Shown here piece after piece: positions 60,242 through 64,000 of a stretch of 64,000 bases of DNA. The DNA comes from Amphiscolops sp. MND2022. Its lineage: Eukaryota. The notes below the pieces were generated by a model. It did not search any database. It saw only the letters and a list, made by a program, of their open reading frames with translations, and was not told where the DNA came from. The position numbers and the translations under genes were made by a program. The stretch covers positions 47,742,001 through 47,806,000 of the forward strand of contig OZ076413.1 in assembly GCA_964187785.1 (NCBI GenBank), in the 5' to 3' direction. Position 1 is the stretch's first letter. Each line of letters opens with the position of its first letter.

Positions 60242-61885
60242 TGTCGCAGGCGGCTGCCTGCGATGGCTCAAGGATTACGACTACGGCAGTAGACCAGGAA
60301 AACGTCCCGGGCGCTTTACCCATTTATTGAAGCTAAAACTCAAATGAACTTTACTTATTTTTGTTTCTATTATAGTTTTAACAGTAGCTCACTATATATT
60401 AGTCTGTTAACATTTGAATGGAAACGTTCAAGTGAGAAGCTGCATTTGCTAAAAGGCAATGTAGTAAGATTGTAACACGTGATGCGAAAGTAATCGTCTA
60501 CAGTTGAACAGCAACAAGGAACGTGTTCAAGTGAGCTAAAGCACTTTTCCGGCGATGTGACTTGCGCACGCCGCATTAGTCAATCAGATCGCACTACTCA
60601 ATATACTATTTGTACGCTTTAATCTAAATAGCCGAACCAAGCCTTTTGACGCTACTATGCCACCAAGAAATGGGACAATAGGCATTTCACTCAATTGGTG
60701 TATCTTGAAGCTGTAATAATAACACTCTTACAATTATGGGTTACTGAACCTTCTTTTATGCTATTCAATGAACTATTACATGTGAGGAAATTGGTTGCTA
60801 ATTGTTGATGCTAATTTTGATCACTGGTCTGCATGCCTATCTCGGCCATACATCTCAGACCACTTGATAGTCAAATAGGCTATTTCGGTGCAACATTGAA
60901 TAACATGAATTTGTGAAGCTTTAATAGTTTAAGCGACCTTCAGGCCGCGTGTGCAAGCACGAGCCTGTTAAAGAATTGCATATTTAGGATTTTTGGAGAA
61001 AACAGTTGCTTTGAAGTTTTGATGTTTTTTGTAGTCATGTGATGCTATTTCGCATATATGTTTGAGATGTTCTCACCCATAAAAGCTCAAATTCCTCCAC
61101 CCCTTTGATGTATATTAATCTAGTGACTTTGGAATTTGGTAAACGTTGAAAATGTTGTCGACATCCAAAATGTGAGTGTCATTCCCCTGAGAGTACGAAT
61201 AGTAGAACACTGTCTGGGGAGATACACTTTTCCGAACCTTCATATTGTTCAAAACACATTCAAACTGATTTTTTTTTCGATTGAATCAATTCAAATGTTT
61301 GTGATCAGGCATTCTTTATGCCTACCACAAGCAAAATAAGGCTAGAAAATGAAGAGAGGCTGACATGTTATCAGACATTGAAAACCTAGACATAATGCTA
61401 GGCAGTAATCATCTAGAAAGAGAAAAAAATGAGCTCAGTAACTCTGTTCTTAGGCCTGAAAGTCCTAGTTACAATGCGTTGGTAAATCAGAATGTGATTC
61501 TCACTCTAATTCTAGAGAAGATGAGATTAGTTATTATGCCGGAAACGGCCAACACTTGAGAGAAGTTGATTCAAGTAGTGAAATTAACAGACTGTCGGGG
61601 GAATTGAACCGAAGGATCACTCAAGAGATGAATGATCTGATGAGTAGTGTGAGCTCCCAAATTCAGAGAGCTATAAATGAGGGTGTGAATGAGCAAGTCC
61701 TACCTCAAATTCAAGCTACTCTTTAGTCTGGACAAGGACAAGTACCCCTTAGAGGATGGGAAGTCCCGCGCAGAAGACCGGAATGCAGATGTGAAGAGCC
61801 CCAAACCGGAAGTTCCGAAGTAGCTCGAGGGATGAAAATCCTAGAAACTTCAATTGAAACGACGACCTAGAGAGTACTCTTTACA
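60242..61885 (+). mobile_element. Solo LTR (1644 bp) with 5-bp TSD CAAAC and a decayed internal ORF
   Basis: CAAAC(60237-41)|TGTCGCAGG...CTTTACA|CAAAC(61886-90). Frameshifted ORF from 61318 (MLSDIENLDIMLGS..., EINRLSGELNRRITQEMNDLMSSVSSQIQRAI). Confidence 0.75.
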
Positions 61886-63562
61886 CAAACTATCATCAAA
61901 CATATCAAACAAAACAGTCTGTCTGTCGGATGCATTATGAATTCCCGATAAAAATTTTTGATTCTGAAAAGCACAGTTTGAACCAGCATAAGTTAACTGG
62001 CACATAGAGACCAATTTTCTCACCCCTCAAGTCTGTCTTATACGTCCAAAAACTTTGAACAATACAATGAAAAAACTGTAACAATCGGGTTGTTCTAGTT
62101 CTAATAAAAAACAAACTTTACGAAGAAACAAGAGACACTGTAGTACCGTTAAAACGCCCGTAATAAAAAAAAACAGACAGCTTGCGACCTCAAATGTCTG
62201 GCAAAAAAGTTACGGAGAAGTTTAATTTAAAAAAAAACAATTACAGATCGCAAAACTTGTTCATGCACTAATTGATGAATAATTTTAAAACAGCTAGTCG
62301 CAAGAAAGTAGTCGCCTTGTCTTCAACTTCTCAAGATTCGACAAAATTTGGGATTAATGTTTTTGAAATTGGAATTACCAGTTTTAATCACATGAAACGA
62401 TTTTATTGTTGGTCTAGTTGGAAGAGCACAAAAGTTCTACCTGATCACAGTCAAACCCAAGAGGCTATCGAAAAAACGCAAAATAGAAAAAAGACATCAA
62501 CAATTCTCATCCCATCCGTGCCAAATATGTACACTAACATCAAGGCGCAACAACTGCAGGCAGAAATTCTAGTGGAAATCCTCGAAAGCTGTACAAAGAA
62601 GGCTTGGCCCTTGCTACGTGAGTTGAGCCAATAAACTGATAGGGCGCTGAGTGTACCCCTAGGTTCATATGGACACATATAAAGCTCCCCTGGAATGTTA
62701 ACAAAATGAAAAAATACGCTGCCGGCAGCTTACGTGCTCTCGGCGGGCAAACAATTCAGCAATATAACTTCTGAAATATCCAAATCTCTTCTTGGTATTG
62801 GAGAACGTCAATTAGATACTGAAGGCAAAAAAGCCGTTTCGTAAAACGATGGCTGAACCAGCAGTATCAAAAATGCGAACAATTTGCGATCGTAAAGCGG
62901 TCTTCAAGGAAAACTATGCCTCGTGATAACCACTTTGGAAGTCTGACGCTAGAATAACCATAGGCGATGCAATACCTCTAAGACACACTACTATATCCAA
63001 AATCTTCTGGGTGTGCATTTACCGCAGAATATGAAACTGCCAAGAATGTACTGAGAAAATGCTCGAAGAACCGTGATCGAGTGTTTGTGTACAATGGGAT
63101 CATAAAGATCTAAGACCAAAGTTAACTGTCAAAACCACGTAGAACGGGAACTACTCGCCAAGGCACACCACTACTGTCAGTTCGACAATGACAAAAACTG
63201 CAACGAGAGCGTTAGGTGTTGACCTGCCTTCAACTCCTGAAACAAGTTCGGTTTCAGTTCTAACTTCAGACAGAGTGGAAACTTGAGGAGAGCACCTGAT
63301 TTGGTACCACCAGTACAAAAGGAATCATACAAAGTAGTCTCTACGGCAGATGATGCTGTGAATAGATGTTCCAGGACACAGGGCTTCCCTGTCAGCCTTA
63401 GAAGACGACGGTTGTCAATCCAGTGACAATTCGCGTCACACCTCTTTCGTGGCATGAACGCGGTGTGCACAGTGCAATAGCTTTGCAAAGTAGAGTTCGA
63501 TTTCATCAAGACTTTGAAAAGAGAACTGAAGTGCCTGGATTTGAACAACAATCCATCCTCCC

Positions 63563-64000
63563 TGTCGCAGGCGGCCGCCTGTGACGGCATGTATTATCAA
63601 ATTGCTCCGGAGAATGATCAAAGTAACCCCGGACCAGGAGTACTCCCTAAATGAAACACTTAAAACGCTACTTCTTATATTATCTTTTTCACTTCAAAAA
63701 CAATTTCATGTAAAACTGATTAAATCAACAAATGGTTAAATGCCTACCCCAATAGTGTAAAATTTTGACCATTGGTCAATTTGACAGCAACGTACTACTT
63801 TAGTTATTCTGAATATTGTATTAATTGTCATTTCATTTATTGTAATTTCATTTGCTTAGTAACTCTAATACTTTGACGGTGCGACAAATATTTCAGGTGC
63901 GATACATTTGTAATCAATCGATAAGCGATGTTGTAATGTGCTTTAATAGCTTGCAAAACAGGTTAAAAGATTGGAAAAGCGTTCAACTGACTCAACACTG
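63563..64000 (+). mobile_element. Start of a related LTR running off the window
   Basis: TGTCGCAGGCGGCCGCCTGTGAC closely matches the 60242 terminus TGTCGCAGGCGGCTGCCTGCGA. Confidence 0.55.

Noticed and set aside
62272..63562. Degenerate plus-strand coding-like region
   Set aside because: Stop- and frameshift-ridden with no motif I can assign; it would need a translated homology search.
1..64000. Prokaryotic systems (CRISPR arrays, operons), rRNA or tRNA genes
   Set aside because: No repeat-spacer array or structural RNA gene was seen; the sequence is eukaryotic with spliceosomal introns.

Overview
Eukaryotic (animal-like, spliceosomal introns) AT-rich window dominated by Ty3/Gypsy LTR retrotransposons nested in and around one host gene. 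The host gene is a 7-exon secreted histidine acid phosphatase on the minus strand (CDS 59225->12482, ~382 aa, RHGDRAP and HD motifs, probable GC-AG first intron). Two related full-length Gypsy elements lie in its introns: element B (19055-33816, minus, intact 2998-aa Gag-Pol, LTRs differing at 2 nt) and element C (39442-58676, plus, inactivated, with a ~1450-aa third ORF). Both share an unusual set of features: 3-bp target-site duplications, a tRNA-like primer-binding site exactly 16 nt from the LTR end, a pseudo-protease plus protease tandem, an integrase tail with AT-hooks, a Cys cluster and two TARG1-like macrodomains, a ~178-bp periodic motif in the long leader, and a splice acceptor ~200 nt after pol. 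In C this acceptor precedes an SGNH-like, non-env ORF. The window starts in the 3' half of a different Gypsy element (A) that appears to carry a 9-exon antisense gene resembling a catalytically dead hAT transposase, plus a divergently transcribed SIM-bearing ORF. Also present: a 2.7-kb LTR-like insert with an H2C2+OTU-like pseudogene, a solo LTR with a 5-bp TSD, the start of a related LTR, and several long palindromes. All domain calls are by-eye motif recognition, not database searches.
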